Source of the DNA: Delftia acidovorans NBRC 14950
Lineage (GTDB): Bacteria; Pseudomonadota; Gammaproteobacteria; Burkholderiales; Burkholderiaceae_C
Assembly: GCF_001598795.1 (NCBI RefSeq)
Contig: NZ_BCZP01000006.1
Location: forward strand, 1-32,000
Direction of reading: 5' to 3'
DNA: 32,000 bases
A program made the position numbers and the translations under genes. The notes below the pieces were generated by a model that searched no databases, was not told the DNA's origin, and worked only from the letters and a program-made list of their open reading frames with translations. Numbering within the stretch: the first letter of the stretch is position 1; each line of letters opens with the position of its first letter. Shown here one piece after another: positions 9,155 to 17,573 of the stretch.

Positions 9155-10057
9155 CTACAGCTTGTGCAGGCGCTGCGCCGCGCGCCAATGCGCGCCGGGC
9201 GCCACATGCACGGGCGCATCGATGGCGGCGGCCTCCACGCACAGCATCTGCCGCCACCCGTGCGGCGGCATGTCGGCCAGGCGGGCACACAGCGCGGGGC
9301 CGGGGTTCCAGACCACGGTCTCGCTCCACGCGGCATCCTGCGAGATGCGCAAGCCTCCGGCAGGAGCGGCCAGCTCCATGGTCTTCCCGGGCCGGGGGTA
9401 GACGCGATCGAGCTCTTCGCCAAAGCGCACGTCGCCTTGCTGCATGGGATGGGTGTCGGCCACGGCATCCCAGTAGGGCAGGCCATCAAGGCCTTGCAGC
9501 CGGCATTGCTCCACGTCCGCCACGCGCAGGTAGCTGTGCAAGGCGGCAGTGAAGGCCAAGGGCGTGTCACCCCGGTTGTGCACCACCAGGTCCACGTCAA
9601 GCCGGCCGGGCAACAGCGTCACCTCCAGCCAGGTCTCGAAGGAATGCGGCCAGACGGCGCGCGTCTGCGGCGTATCGGCGAGCTTGAACCGCAGGAACAA
9701 GCCATCGCCGGCAAGAACCTCGGCCTGTGCTGCATCAGCCTGCCAAGGCAGGGTGCGCGCAAAGCCGTGCTTGACCAGTGGGCCGCGTTGGTTGAATTGG
9801 GGAAAGCAGACCGGAATACCGCCGCGTATGGGTGTGTGGCCGTCATGGGCGGCATGAGGGCTCAGGAACAGTTGCTCCTCGCCACCGGCCTGCCAGGACA
9901 GCAGCTGCGCGCCCTGCAAGGCCACCAGGGCGGTATCGCCGCAGGCCAGGCGCAGGCGGATGGCGGGCAGGCCCTGCCATGCATCAGCGCAGGCGCCGGG
10001 AGCTTGCGCGGCCGCAGGTAAAGCTGTTACTGCGGGAAAGGAAGATGTAACTTTCAT
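9155..10057 (-). CDS. D-hexose-6-phosphate mutarotase (aldose 1-epimerase family, YeaD-like)
   Basis: 300 aa with family motifs IRGGIPVCFPQF, HGFAR, SFETWLEVTL, ALHSYLRV and LCVEAA. Confidence 0.8.
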   Translation of the reverse strand: MKVTSSFPAVTALPAAAQAPGACADAWQGLPAIRLRLACGDTALVALQGAQLLSWQAGGEEQLFLSPHAAHDGHTPIRGGIPVCFPQFNQRGPLVKHGFARTLPWQADAAQAEVLAGDGLFLRFKLADTPQTRAVWPHSFETWLEVTLLPGRLDVDLVVHNRGDTPLAFTAALHSYLRVADVEQCRLQGLDGLPYWDAVADTHPMQQGDVRFGEELDRVYPRPGKTMELAAPAGGLRISQDAAWSETVVWNPGPALCARLADMPPHGWRQMLCVEAAAIDAPVHVAPGAHWRAAQRLHKL

Positions 10058-10097
10058 GCTTGAATATAGCCTTTCCCCCGCTCAGCCCTCCTCTGTC

Positions 10098-11333
10098 ATG
10101 CAACGCTCCCACGCTCCCTCTCCTCTTGTCCTGCGACTCGGCATGCTCGCCCTGGCCGCCTCGGTGGCCTCCTGCGGCGGAGGCGGCGGTGGTGACAGCA
10201 ACGCTGGCGGTGGCAATGGCGGTAATGGGGGTGACGGCGGCACCGGCCAGCCCGGAGTGACCTCGGTCACCGTGCAATGGACGGCCCCGGCCGCCAGGGA
10301 TGTGGTGACTGCAGGCTCGGCACTGACCCTGCGTGCAAGTGTTCTGGCCGATGGCGTGAATGCCGCCGATGGAACCGTGGTGAGCTTCAGCGCAGCCACA
10401 GGCGTCAGCACCTCGGCACTGACCAGCTCCGGCGTGGCAACGGCTTCGCTGACCGGCGCCACGCCGGGCCGCCAGCAGGTGCAGGCCAGCGCCACCGTGG
10501 CAGGCCGCACGGGCAGCGCTTCCCAGACTTTCTATCTGCGTCCTGCACCTGCACCGCTGCGGGTGCTGGTGCCCACGTACTTCTATCCCACCGGCTCGGG
10601 AGCCACGGCCTGGAATGCGCTGACGGCCAGCGCACAGGCGAATCCGACCGTGCAGATGACGGCCATCCTGAATCCGGCCAATGGCATTTTCAGTGGCCCG
10701 GACGCGAACATCACGCGCGCCGCCACCGCTTTTGCCAACGCGGGCGGGCAGCTGGTGGGCTATGTGAGCTCCAGCTATGGCACGGGCACGCGATCGCTGG
10801 CCAGCATCCAGGCCAATATCGACAACTATTTCACGCACTACGGCGCAGGCCTGGTCAAGGGTTTCTTCATTGACGAGATGGCGGCCACCGCCAACCGGCT
10901 GGACTTCTACCGCACCATCTACCAGTACATCAAGGCCAAGAATCCCAACCTGATCGTGATCGGCAACCCGGGCCTCGTGCCCGTGGCCGGTTATGCCGAT
11001 GTGGCCGATGTGCTGACCACGTTCGAGGGCAAGGGCTCCACCTACGCAACCTACGATCCGCGCACGACGAGTTTTGACTGGCTGTACGGGCTGCCCAACA
11101 GCCACCAGGCCTCGCTGGTGCACAACGTGTCGGGCTGCGCGGCCATGCAGACGGCCGTGCAGTCGGCCGCCTCGGCCCGCTACCAAGCGGGATGGATCTA
11201 TGTGACCCAGCTGGAGTTCGAGCCCAGCACCGGCGTTGGCAACCCCTGGGCCGGGCTGCCGAATTACTGGGATGCCTTTGTGCAGACCGTGCGCGCCGCC
11301 AATGCCGGGCAGGCCATGCCCGCCTGCTCGTAA
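10098..11333 (+). CDS. Lipoprotein with an N-terminal Ig-like (Big_1-type) domain and a spherulation-specific family 4 (Sph3/GH135-like) domain
   Basis: The start is trimmed to ATG 10098, because ATG 10056 and TTG 9960 overlap the divergent gene. The signal plus lipobox is LGMLALAASVASC, followed by a Gly/Asn linker. The Ig-like region is VTSVTVQWTAP...TLRASVLADGVNAADGTVVSF. Spherulin-4-like motifs are VLVPTYFYP..ATAWNAL, AILNPANG, LVGYVSSSYG, GFFIDEM, IVIGNPG and LTTFEG. Confidence 0.75.
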   Translation: MQRSHAPSPLVLRLGMLALAASVASCGGGGGGDSNAGGGNGGNGGDGGTGQPGVTSVTVQWTAPAARDVVTAGSALTLRASVLADGVNAADGTVVSFSAATGVSTSALTSSGVATASLTGATPGRQQVQASATVAGRTGSASQTFYLRPAPAPLRVLVPTYFYPTGSGATAWNALTASAQANPTVQMTAILNPANGIFSGPDANITRAATAFANAGGQLVGYVSSSYGTGTRSLASIQANIDNYFTHYGAGLVKGFFIDEMAATANRLDFYRTIYQYIKAKNPNLIVIGNPGLVPVAGYADVADVLTTFEGKGSTYATYDPRTTSFDWLYGLPNSHQASLVHNVSGCAAMQTAVQSAASARYQAGWIYVTQLEFEPSTGVGNPWAGLPNYWDAFVQTVRAANAGQAMPACS

Positions 11334-11364
11334 AGAAAGCCTGAAGCCCTGGCGCTGAATGCAG

Positions 11365-11395
11365 CGCGGGCGCCTGTGAAGCACAGGCGCCCGCG
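11365..11395. terminator. Perfect 14-bp GC-rich hairpin between the convergent lipoprotein gene and hisA (no U-tract)
   Basis: CGCGGGCGCCTGTG (11365..11378), loop AAG, then CACAGGCGCCCGCG (11382..11395). It lies 32 nt after the + gene stop and 24 nt after the hisA stop. Confidence 0.5.
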
Positions 11396-11418
11396 GATAC
11401 AGGGAAGGCGCAGGCCGT

Positions 11419-12159
11419 TCAGGCCCTGAGCTCGTCGGCGCGGGCTTGCGCCGCGGCGAAGTCAAGGTCGCCCGAGTAGATGGCGCGGCCGCAGATCACG
11501 CCTTCGATGCCTTCGTCCTCGACCTTGCACAGCGCTTCGATGTCGGCCATGCCCGCCAGGCCGCCCGAGGCGATGACGGGAATCTTCAGCGATTGCGCGA
11601 GATTGACGGTGGCGTCGATGTTGATGCCCGTGAGCATGCCGTCGCGGCCGATGTCGGTGTAGATGATGGACTCCACGCCCCAGTCCTCGAAGCGCTTGGC
11701 CACCGAGTGCACGTCCTGGCCCGTGAGCTTGCTCCAGCCGTCGATGGCCACCTTGCCGTCCTTGGCGTCCAGGCCAACGATCACATGGCCGCCGAAGGCG
11801 CTGCAGGCGTCCTGCAGAAAGCCCGGGTTCTTCACGGCAGCGGTGCCGATGATCACGTAGCTGATGCCGGCGTCTATGTATTTCTCGATGGTGTCCAGGT
11901 CACGGATGCCGCCGCCGAGCTGCACCGGGATCCGGCCGTCCACCTCTTTGAGGATGGCCTTGATGGCCACCAGGTTCTTGGGCTGGCCCGCAAACGCGCC
12001 ATTGAGGTCCACCAGGTGCAGGCGGCGTGCGCCGGCGTCGAGCCAGCGGCGGGCGATGATGGCCGGGTCTTCGCCGAACGTGGTCGACTGGTCCATATCA
12101 CCCTGGATGAGGCGTACGCAGTGGCCGTCCTTGAGGTCGATGGCAGGAATGAGCAGCAT
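11419..12159 (-). CDS. hisA: 1-(5-phosphoribosyl)-5-[(5-phosphoribosylamino)methylideneamino]imidazole-4-carboxamide isomerase
   Basis: 246 aa from ATG 12159: [17 protein letters not shown]...VQLGGGIRD...[12 protein letters not shown]. The longer track ORF (to 12555) has a nonsense-looking Ser/Pro/Thr/Ala-rich 5' extension that overlaps hisH. Confidence 0.95.
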   Translation of the reverse strand: MLLIPAIDLKDGHCVRLIQGDMDQSTTFGEDPAIIARRWLDAGARRLHLVDLNGAFAGQPKNLVAIKAILKEVDGRIPVQLGGGIRDLDTIEKYIDAGISYVIIGTAAVKNPGFLQDACSAFGGHVIVGLDAKDGKVAIDGWSKLTGQDVHSVAKRFEDWGVESIIYTDIGRDGMLTGINIDATVNLAQSLKIPVIASGGLAGMADIEALCKVEDEGIEGVICGRAIYSGDLDFAAAQARADELRA

Positions 12160-12220
12160 GATGGTTTGCGAGCAATGAAGGCCTGGGATGCAGCGGCCGG
12201 TGCGGGGAGGGAAAGAGGGT

Positions 12221-12889
12221 TCAGGGCTTCCAGCCCAGAAAGTTGCGGAACAGGGCCAGGCCCTGGTCCGCGCTCTTTTCGGGGTGAAACTGGGTGGCGA
12301 AAATATTATCGCGTGCGATGGCGCAGGCAAAGCGCCCGCCGTAGTCGGCCTCTGCAGCGCAATGCTGGGGCTGCTGCACCACGGCGTAGAAACTGTGCAC
12401 GAAGTAGTAGAAGCTGTCTTCGGGAATTCCACGCCACAGCGGGTGGGACTGCCCGGCATTGTGCTTGCGGTGCACGCGGTTCCAGCCCATTTGCGGCACC
12501 TTGAAGCGGCTGCCGTCGGCCTGGACGCGGCCCGCCAGATCGAACTTGCGCACATTGCCGGGGATCAGGCCCAGGCCAGGCACATCGCCCTCGTCGCTGT
12601 GGTCCAGCAGCATCTGCATGCCCACGCAGACGCCGAACAGGGGCTTGTTGGCAGCGGCGTGCAGCACGGCGTCCTGCAGGCCGGATTCGCGCAGTTCGCG
12701 CATGCAGTCGGGCATGGCGCCCTGGCCCGGCAGCACGACCCGGTTGGCGGCCAGCACCACCTCGGGATCGGCGGTGACCACGACCTGCCAGCCGGAGTCG
12801 GCGGCAGCCGTGCGCACGGCCTGGGAAACCGAGCGCAGATTGCCCATGCCGTAATCGACGACGGCGACGGTGTTGTCAGTCAAACTCAT
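12221..12889 (-). CDS. hisH: Imidazole glycerol phosphate synthase, glutamine amidotransferase subunit
   Basis: 222 aa with [14 protein letters not shown], the catalytic-Cys motif GVCVGMQML, and [10 protein letters not shown]. Confidence 0.95.
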   Translation of the reverse strand: MSLTDNTVAVVDYGMGNLRSVSQAVRTAAADSGWQVVVTADPEVVLAANRVVLPGQGAMPDCMRELRESGLQDAVLHAAANKPLFGVCVGMQMLLDHSDEGDVPGLGLIPGNVRKFDLAGRVQADGSRFKVPQMGWNRVHRKHNAGQSHPLWRGIPEDSFYYFVHSFYAVVQQPQHCAAEADYGGRFACAIARDNIFATQFHPEKSADQGLALFRNFLGWKP

Positions 12890-12970
12890 AGCGTGTGGCG
12901 CGTGTTCGGTCGGATTTTCGGCTGGATTGCCCGGTCAAATCAAGCTCTGACCGGAGTCAATCGCTTCTCT

Positions 12971-13576
12971 TTACAGAGCGCCCTTGGTCGAGGGGATGAC
13001 GCCGGCCATGCGCTCGTCATGCTCCAGCGCAAAGCGCAGGGCGCGTGCAAAGGCCTTGAAGATGGTCTCGCACTGGTGGTGGGCGTTGAAGCCCTTGAGA
13101 TTGTCGATGTGCATGGTCACGCCCGCATGGTTGACGAAGCCCTGGAAGAATTCGTAGACCAGTTGGGTGTCAAGCTGGCCGATGCTGCCGGCCGTGAATT
13201 TCACATCCATGTGCAGGCCCGGGCGGCCTGAGAAATCGATGACCACGCGGCTCAGGGCCTCGTCCAGCGGCACATAGGCATGGCCGTAGCGGCGGATGCC
13301 CTTCTTGTCGCCCACGGCCTTGGCAAAGGCCTGGCCCAGGGTGATGCCGATGTCCTCCACCGTGTGGTGGCCGTCGATGTGCAGGTCGCCCTCGCAGTCG
13401 ATATCGAGGTCGATCAGGCCATGGCGCGCGATCTGGTCGAGCATGTGGTCCAGAAAGCCGATGCCCGAGCGCAGGCTGGCCTTGCCCGTGCCGTCCAGGT
13501 TGATGGCAACCTTGATCCGGGTCTCGGCGGTATTGCGCTGCACTTCGGCAGTGCGTGCGGGAGCTGCATTGCTCAT
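12971..13576 (-). CDS. hisB: Imidazoleglycerol-phosphate dehydratase
   Basis: 201 aa with [38 protein letters not shown] and [11 protein letters not shown]. Confidence 0.95.
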   Translation of the reverse strand: MSNAAPARTAEVQRNTAETRIKVAINLDGTGKASLRSGIGFLDHMLDQIARHGLIDLDIDCEGDLHIDGHHTVEDIGITLGQAFAKAVGDKKGIRRYGHAYVPLDEALSRVVIDFSGRPGLHMDVKFTAGSIGQLDTQLVYEFFQGFVNHAGVTMHIDNLKGFNAHHQCETIFKAFARALRFALEHDERMAGVIPSTKGAL

Positions 13577-14706
13577 AGGGATTCCTTCAGGGCTGCCAGC
13601 ATCTGGGCGTTTTCTTCGTGGGTGCCCACGGTCAGTCGCAGGCAGTTGGCCAGCAGCGGGTGCATGGCAGAGACATTCTTCACCAGCACGCCCCGGGCCT
13701 TCATCTCGGCCTGGGCATGCGCGGCATCGCGCACGCGCAGCAAGACCATGTTGGCCTCGGATGGCCAGATCTTTTCCACACCCGGCAGCGTGGCCAGCGC
13801 ATCGATCAGCGGCTGGCGCTCGGCGCGGATGGCCATGGCCTGCTGCGCATACAGCACCTCGTGCTCCAGCGCGAAGATGGCCGTCTCGCAGTTGAGCACG
13901 CTGATGTTGTAGGGCGGGCGCACCTTGTCGATCTCGCCGACGATGGGGGCCGGGCCGATCAGGTAGCCCAGGCGCGCGCCTGCCAGGCCGAACTTGCTGA
14001 GCGTGCGCATCAGCAACACATGGGCATTGCGGGCCGGGTCGGCGCGCATGTTCTCTGCCCAGCTGCGGCGGGCGAAGGGCTGGTAGGCCTCGTCCATGAC
14101 GACCAGGCCGCCGATGGCGGCGACCGCGTCGATCACGGCCTGCACATCGGCCTCGGCCCAGAGCGTGGCCGTGGGATTGTTGGGATAGGCGATATAGGTG
14201 ATGGCGGGGCGGTGCTCGGCAATGGCGGTGCGCATGGCGGGGACGTCCAGCTCGAAGTCGGCCGTCAGGTTGACGCCCACAAAGTCCAGGCCCTGCAGCC
14301 TGGCGCTCATGGGGTACATGACGAAGCCCGGCATGGGCGCCAGCATGGTGGCGCGGCCCTCGGAGTGGGGCTGGGCACAGGCCAGGGCCAGCAGCGTGAT
14401 GATCTCGTCCGAGCCATTGCCCAGCAGCACGGCGCTGCCGGCCGGCGCCTGCGCGTAGCGGGCCAGCATGTCCTTGAGCACTTCCTGGCGCTCGCCAGGG
14501 TAGCGGTTGATCTCCAGCCGGCCCAGGCGCTCGCCCAGCGCGGCCTGCAATTCAGGGGGCAGGCGGAAGGGGTTCTCCATCGTGTCCATCTTGAGCAGGC
14601 CTTGCGAGGGCTGCACATGGTAGGCATGCATGGAGCGGACATCGGCGCGGATGCGCTCCAGGGCCAGGGCCTGAACCTGCGGAATGGAAGCTGTCATGGC
14701 ATGCAC
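13573..14706 (-). CDS. hisC: Histidinol-phosphate aminotransferase
   Basis: 377-aa class-II aminotransferase. Motifs include NENP-like MENPF, YPNNPT, and the PLP-lysine region [14 protein letters not shown]. The codon at 14706 is GTG. ATG at 14697 (MTASIPQ...) is an equally plausible start. The stop overlaps the hisB start (ATGA). Confidence 0.93.
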   Translation of the reverse strand: MHAMTASIPQVQALALERIRADVRSMHAYHVQPSQGLLKMDTMENPFRLPPELQAALGERLGRLEINRYPGERQEVLKDMLARYAQAPAGSAVLLGNGSDEIITLLALACAQPHSEGRATMLAPMPGFVMYPMSARLQGLDFVGVNLTADFELDVPAMRTAIAEHRPAITYIAYPNNPTATLWAEADVQAVIDAVAAIGGLVVMDEAYQPFARRSWAENMRADPARNAHVLLMRTLSKFGLAGARLGYLIGPAPIVGEIDKVRPPYNISVLNCETAIFALEHEVLYAQQAMAIRAERQPLIDALATLPGVEKIWPSEANMVLLRVRDAAHAQAEMKARGVLVKNVSAMHPLLANCLRLTVGTHEENAQMLAALKESL

Positions 14707-14750
14707 ACTTTCACGAGTCAGTGGGGGAAGAAATCCATCAGCGAAGCCGC

Positions 14751-15188
14751 TCAGGCCTGCTGCTGCGGCGGCGCCTGGTGCAGCGGGTGCACCATGGCGA
14801 CGCCGCCAAACTGGGTGCCGTGCGGCAGGTGCAGGGTCAGCATCTGCTCGCAGCCGCTGTGCTGGGCGCAGGCCACGGCCAAGCAGTCGCCAAAGGCCAG
14901 TTGGTGGCGCGATTGCACGGCCCAGGCGGTCTCCAGCGTGGCGGCATCGGTCTTCCAGGGCGTCCAGGTCTGGTAGCGGCGGATGGCGGCGCGCGCATCG
15001 CCCTGCGGCAAAGGCTGGGCGGCCGTGGTGACCTGTTCATAGAACTCGCACAGCGACTGGCTGCCGGTGCGCCCGCTGCGCGTGCGCCACAGCAGGTCCA
15101 GCCACTGCAGCACGGCGGCATGCAAGGCGCCCTGCCCCGTGTCTTCGGCAGCGACCAGCACGGAGGTATCGACAAAGACGGTGTTCAT
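14751..15188 (-). CDS. vapC: PIN-domain (VapC-type) toxin
   Basis: 145 aa from ATG 15188: MNTVFVDTSVLVAAED...SLCEFYE...LAFGDCLAVACA. These are the typical PIN acidic positions D7, E48 and D101. The start overlaps the upstream small ORF stop (ATGA at 15185-15188). The track ORF extending to 15515 is an out-of-context 5' extension. Confidence 0.75.
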   Translation of the reverse strand: MNTVFVDTSVLVAAEDTGQGALHAAVLQWLDLLWRTRSGRTGSQSLCEFYEQVTTAAQPLPQGDARAAIRRYQTWTPWKTDAATLETAWAVQSRHQLAFGDCLAVACAQHSGCEQMLTLHLPHGTQFGGVAMVHPLHQAPPQQQA

Positions 15189-15433
15189 GCCTGGCCCTCG
15201 CGGCGCAGCGCGGCACTGCGCTGGGCGGGCTGCGTGGATGACGGCTGACCGCCGTCCCAGCCGCGCTCGTCCGTGCGCCAGGCCAGGTAGGCGCGCTCGT
15301 AGGCGTCCTCGCGGCGCTGCATCTCGGCCATGAAGTCGCCCACCATGCGCGAGACGCTGGTGCCGCGGCGTGCGGCCTCGATTCGGGCCCATTCGAGCAC
15401 GCTGTCTTCGACGGTGATGGTGAGGTTCTTCAC
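15185..15433 (-). CDS. vapB: Ribbon-helix-helix (CopG/VapB-type) antitoxin
   Basis: 82 aa from GTG 15433: VKNLTITVEDSVLEWARIEAARRGTSVSRMVGDFMAEMQRRE..., a classic RHH N-terminus. No clear SD is present. TTG 15442 is an alternative start. The ATG at 15553 would run through the hisD terminator. Confidence 0.65.
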   Translation of the reverse strand: MKNLTITVEDSVLEWARIEAARRGTSVSRMVGDFMAEMQRREDAYERAYLAWRTDERGWDGGQPSSTQPAQRSAALRREGQA

Positions 15434-15446
15434 AGGGCGCAAGTTT

Positions 15447-15478
15447 ACACGAAATTCGTGTTCCACTGATTTCGTGTT
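15447..15478 (-). promoter_or_regulatory. Operator-like repeats directly upstream of vapB
   Basis: A perfect palindrome ACACGAA-A-TTCGTGT lies at 15447..15461. A third half-site TTCGTGTT at 15471..15478 is a direct repeat of 15455..15462, 16 bp away. The local sequence is AT-rich. Confidence 0.45.
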
Positions 15479-15513
15479 TATTTTTGACACTCCTGATCCG
15501 GCGTTCAGGCAGC

Positions 15514-15544
15514 AAAAAGCGCCGCCCCTTTCGGTGACGGCGCC
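15514..15544 (-). terminator. Rho-independent terminator 24 nt downstream of hisD
   Basis: The minus strand reads GGCGCCGTCACC-GAAA-GGGGCGGCGC followed by TTTTTGC. That is a GC-rich stem, a GNRA-type loop and a T5 tract. Confidence 0.65.
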
Positions 15545-15567
15545 TTCGCCCAACAGGAAGCGAGTGT

Positions 15568-16884
15568 CTACTTCAAACGCATTTCGGCCGCACGCGCATG
15601 GCCTTGCAGGCCTTCGCCATGCGCCAGCACCGAGGCGATGCGGCCCAGGGTCTGGGCGCCCTGCTCGCTGACCTCGATGAGGCTGGATCGCTTCTGGAAG
15701 TCATAGACCCCCAGCGGCGAGGAAAAGCGCGCCGTGCCGCTGGTGGGCAGCACATGGTTGGGGCCGGCGCAGTAGTCGCCCAGGCTCTCGCTGGTGTAGG
15801 CCCCCAGGAAGATGGCGCCTGCGTGGCGCAGCAGCGGCTCCCACTGGTGGGGATCGTTGCTGGAGACTTCCAGGTGCTCGGGCGCGATGCGGTTGCTGAT
15901 GGCGCAGGCCTCCTGCATGTCGCGCGTGAGGATGAGGGCACCCCGGTCGCTCAGGCTCTTGGCGATGATGGCGCGCCGCGGCATCTCGGGCAGCAGGCGG
16001 TCGATCTCGCGCTGGACAGCGGCGATGTAGTCGGCATCCGGGCACAGCAGGATGCTTTGCGCCAGCTCGTCATGCTCGGCCTGGCTGAACAGGTCCATGG
16101 CCACCCAGTCGGGCGGCGTGCTGCCGTCGGCCAGCACCAGGATTTCGCTGGGGCCGGCAATCATGTCGATGCCCACGGTGCCGAACACCCGCTTCTTGGC
16201 GCTGGCCACATAGGCGTTGCCGGGGCCGGTGATCTTGTCCACCTTGGGGATGGTGGCCGTGCCGTAGGCCAGGGCCGCCACAGCCTGGGCGCCGCCGATG
16301 GTGAAGCCGCGCGTGACGCCGGCCACATAGGCGGCAGCCAGCACCAGGGCATTCTTCTCGCCGCGCGGCGTGGGCACGACCATGATGATTTCCTGCACGC
16401 CAGCCACATGGGCGGGAATGGCATTCATCAGCACGCTGGACGGATAGGCCGCCTTGCCGCCGGGCACATAGATGCCCACGCGGTCCAGCGGCGTGACCTT
16501 CTGGCCCAGCAAGGTGCCATCGGCGTCGCGGTAGCTCCAGCTCTCGCCGCTGGCGCGCTTTTGGGCCTCGTGGTAGGTGCGCACGCGCTGGGCGGCGGCC
16601 GTCAGCGCATCGCGCTGCTCGTCGCCCAGGCTGTCGAAGGCGGCCTTGAGCTCGGCCTGCGTCAGCTCCAGCGCTGCCATGCCGTCCACCTGCAATCCGT
16701 CGAAGCGCGCCGTGTACTCCAGCACGGCCGCATCGCCGCGCTTTTGCACATCGGCCAGGATGTCGGCCACGCGCTGCTCGATGGCCGCGTCCGTGTCTGC
16801 CGACCAATGCAGGCGCTGCGCAAAATCGTGTTCGAAGTTGGCGTCCGCAGTCGACAGGCGGGCAGGGGCAGCTACATATTCCAT
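15568..16884 (-). CDS. hisD: Histidinol dehydrogenase
   Basis: 438 aa with [27 protein letters not shown] and [13 protein letters not shown]. An AAGGAA SD lies 9 nt upstream of ATG 16884. Confidence 0.96.
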   Translation of the reverse strand: MEYVAAPARLSTADANFEHDFAQRLHWSADTDAAIEQRVADILADVQKRGDAAVLEYTARFDGLQVDGMAALELTQAELKAAFDSLGDEQRDALTAAAQRVRTYHEAQKRASGESWSYRDADGTLLGQKVTPLDRVGIYVPGGKAAYPSSVLMNAIPAHVAGVQEIIMVVPTPRGEKNALVLAAAYVAGVTRGFTIGGAQAVAALAYGTATIPKVDKITGPGNAYVASAKKRVFGTVGIDMIAGPSEILVLADGSTPPDWVAMDLFSQAEHDELAQSILLCPDADYIAAVQREIDRLLPEMPRRAIIAKSLSDRGALILTRDMQEACAISNRIAPEHLEVSSNDPHQWEPLLRHAGAIFLGAYTSESLGDYCAGPNHVLPTSGTARFSSPLGVYDFQKRSSLIEVSEQGAQTLGRIASVLAHGEGLQGHARAAEMRLK

Positions 16885-16901
16885 TGTGGTTTCCTTGGGG
16901 T

Positions 16902-17573
16902 CTAGCAGGCCGTCTCGCAGCCGTGCTTCAGTATCAAGAACAGGCGCGCGCCGTAGTAGCCGTCGCGCAGGGGCCAGTCCTGGTCGCGCAGCAGGGCTTC
17001 AGCGCTGGGCCACTTCTGATTGTCCTTGAGCGCTTCAATGGTGAAATCACCATTGTTCTGCCCGACAAAGAAGCGGAACCAGTGCAGGTCCTCGTCCTTG
17101 TCCAGCGCCTCGGCCTCGATCAAGGCCCGCAGGCGCTCAGTGATGCCTTCGGGCAGCGGGGCATCGTTGCGAAGATGCCAGGGGCCCGGATAGGCCTGCC
17201 ATTGTCGGCCCTGGACCTGCCAGGCCTCGGCTGGCACGGCATCCTCATCGCGCGCCGTCCACAGGGCGGAGAGCATCACATGCAGGTCGCTGACAGCGAA
17301 GTGGCCGAATGCGTCGTGCATTCCCTGCAGACCTTCACCCAGGCCCGTGAAATTCTCGATGATCTCGCGCCGGTCCGGCAGGCGAACCACCACGGCCAGG
17401 GAACCGACCAGGGGATGGCCGAGGTAGGCCCCGCGCCAATCAGCCAGCACGCCTGGCGCCTGGCCGCCAGGCAGCAGCCAGCCGTTGTATTCCTCGCAGG
17501 GCAGGCCATGCGCGGCGAAACACAGCGCAAGCGCCTCCTTCGCCGGATCGCCGGGCTCAGCCCCTGGGGCCAT
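16902..17573 (-). CDS. Hypothetical protein (223 aa) inserted between hisG and hisD. It is possibly DUF6348-like; I do not securely recognise it.
   Basis: Intact ORF with host-like codon bias. A GAGG SD lies 6 nt upstream of ATG 17573, inside the hisG 3' end, giving a 17-nt overlap with hisG. The stop is 17 nt before hisD. There is no signal peptide or TM segment. C-terminal motifs are [27 protein letters not shown] and [13 protein letters not shown]. Confidence 0.6.
   Translation of the reverse strand: MAPGAEPGDPAKEALALCFAAHGLPCEEYNGWLLPGGQAPGVLADWRGAYLGHPLVGSLAVVVRLPDRREIIENFTGLGEGLQGMHDAFGHFAVSDLHVMLSALWTARDEDAVPAEAWQVQGRQWQAYPGPWHLRNDAPLPEGITERLRALIEAEALDKDEDLHWFRFFVGQNNGDFTIEALKDNQKWPSAEALLRDQDWPLRDGYYGARLFLILKHGCETAC

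Noticed and set aside
10176-10247. GGN-rich low-complexity DNA (GGCGGAGGCGGCGGTGGTGAC...GGTGGCAATGGCGGTAATGGGGGTGACGGCGGC) right after the lipobox Cys. I considered it as a slippage-prone repeat.
   Set aside because: The codons are imperfect and mixed (GGC/GGA/GGT/AAT/GAC), not a true microsatellite. It encodes the flexible Gly/Asn/Asp tether typical of lipoproteins.
9109-11395. Two hairpins (9109..9128 and 11365..11395) share the arm core GCGCCTGT / ACAGGCGC. I considered a REP-like dispersed palindromic element.
   Set aside because: There are only two copies in 32 kb, the shared core is 8 nt of GC-rich sequence, and the loops and flanks differ. This is consistent with independent terminator hairpins. 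A genome-wide count would be needed to claim a repeat family.
12160-12555. 5' extensions of track ORFs beyond the starts I called: hisA to 12555, vapC to 15515, vapB to 15553, hisG to 19032, ABC-2 permease to 21103, mlaB to 22126, mlaF to 25819, ibaG to 19850, lipoprotein to 9960.
   Set aside because: The extensions overlap the upstream gene or a terminator and translate to nonsense-like sequence. The internal starts reproduce the canonical N-termini of the families, often with an SD or an ATGA overlap.
14718-15469. 7-bp inverted match (TCAGTGG at 14718..14724 and CCACTGA at 15463..15469) flanking the vapBC cassette, considered as terminal inverted repeats of a mobile insertion.
   Set aside because: It is too short to distinguish from chance in about 200 bp of flanking sequence. 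There is no target-site duplication and no transposase or integrase.
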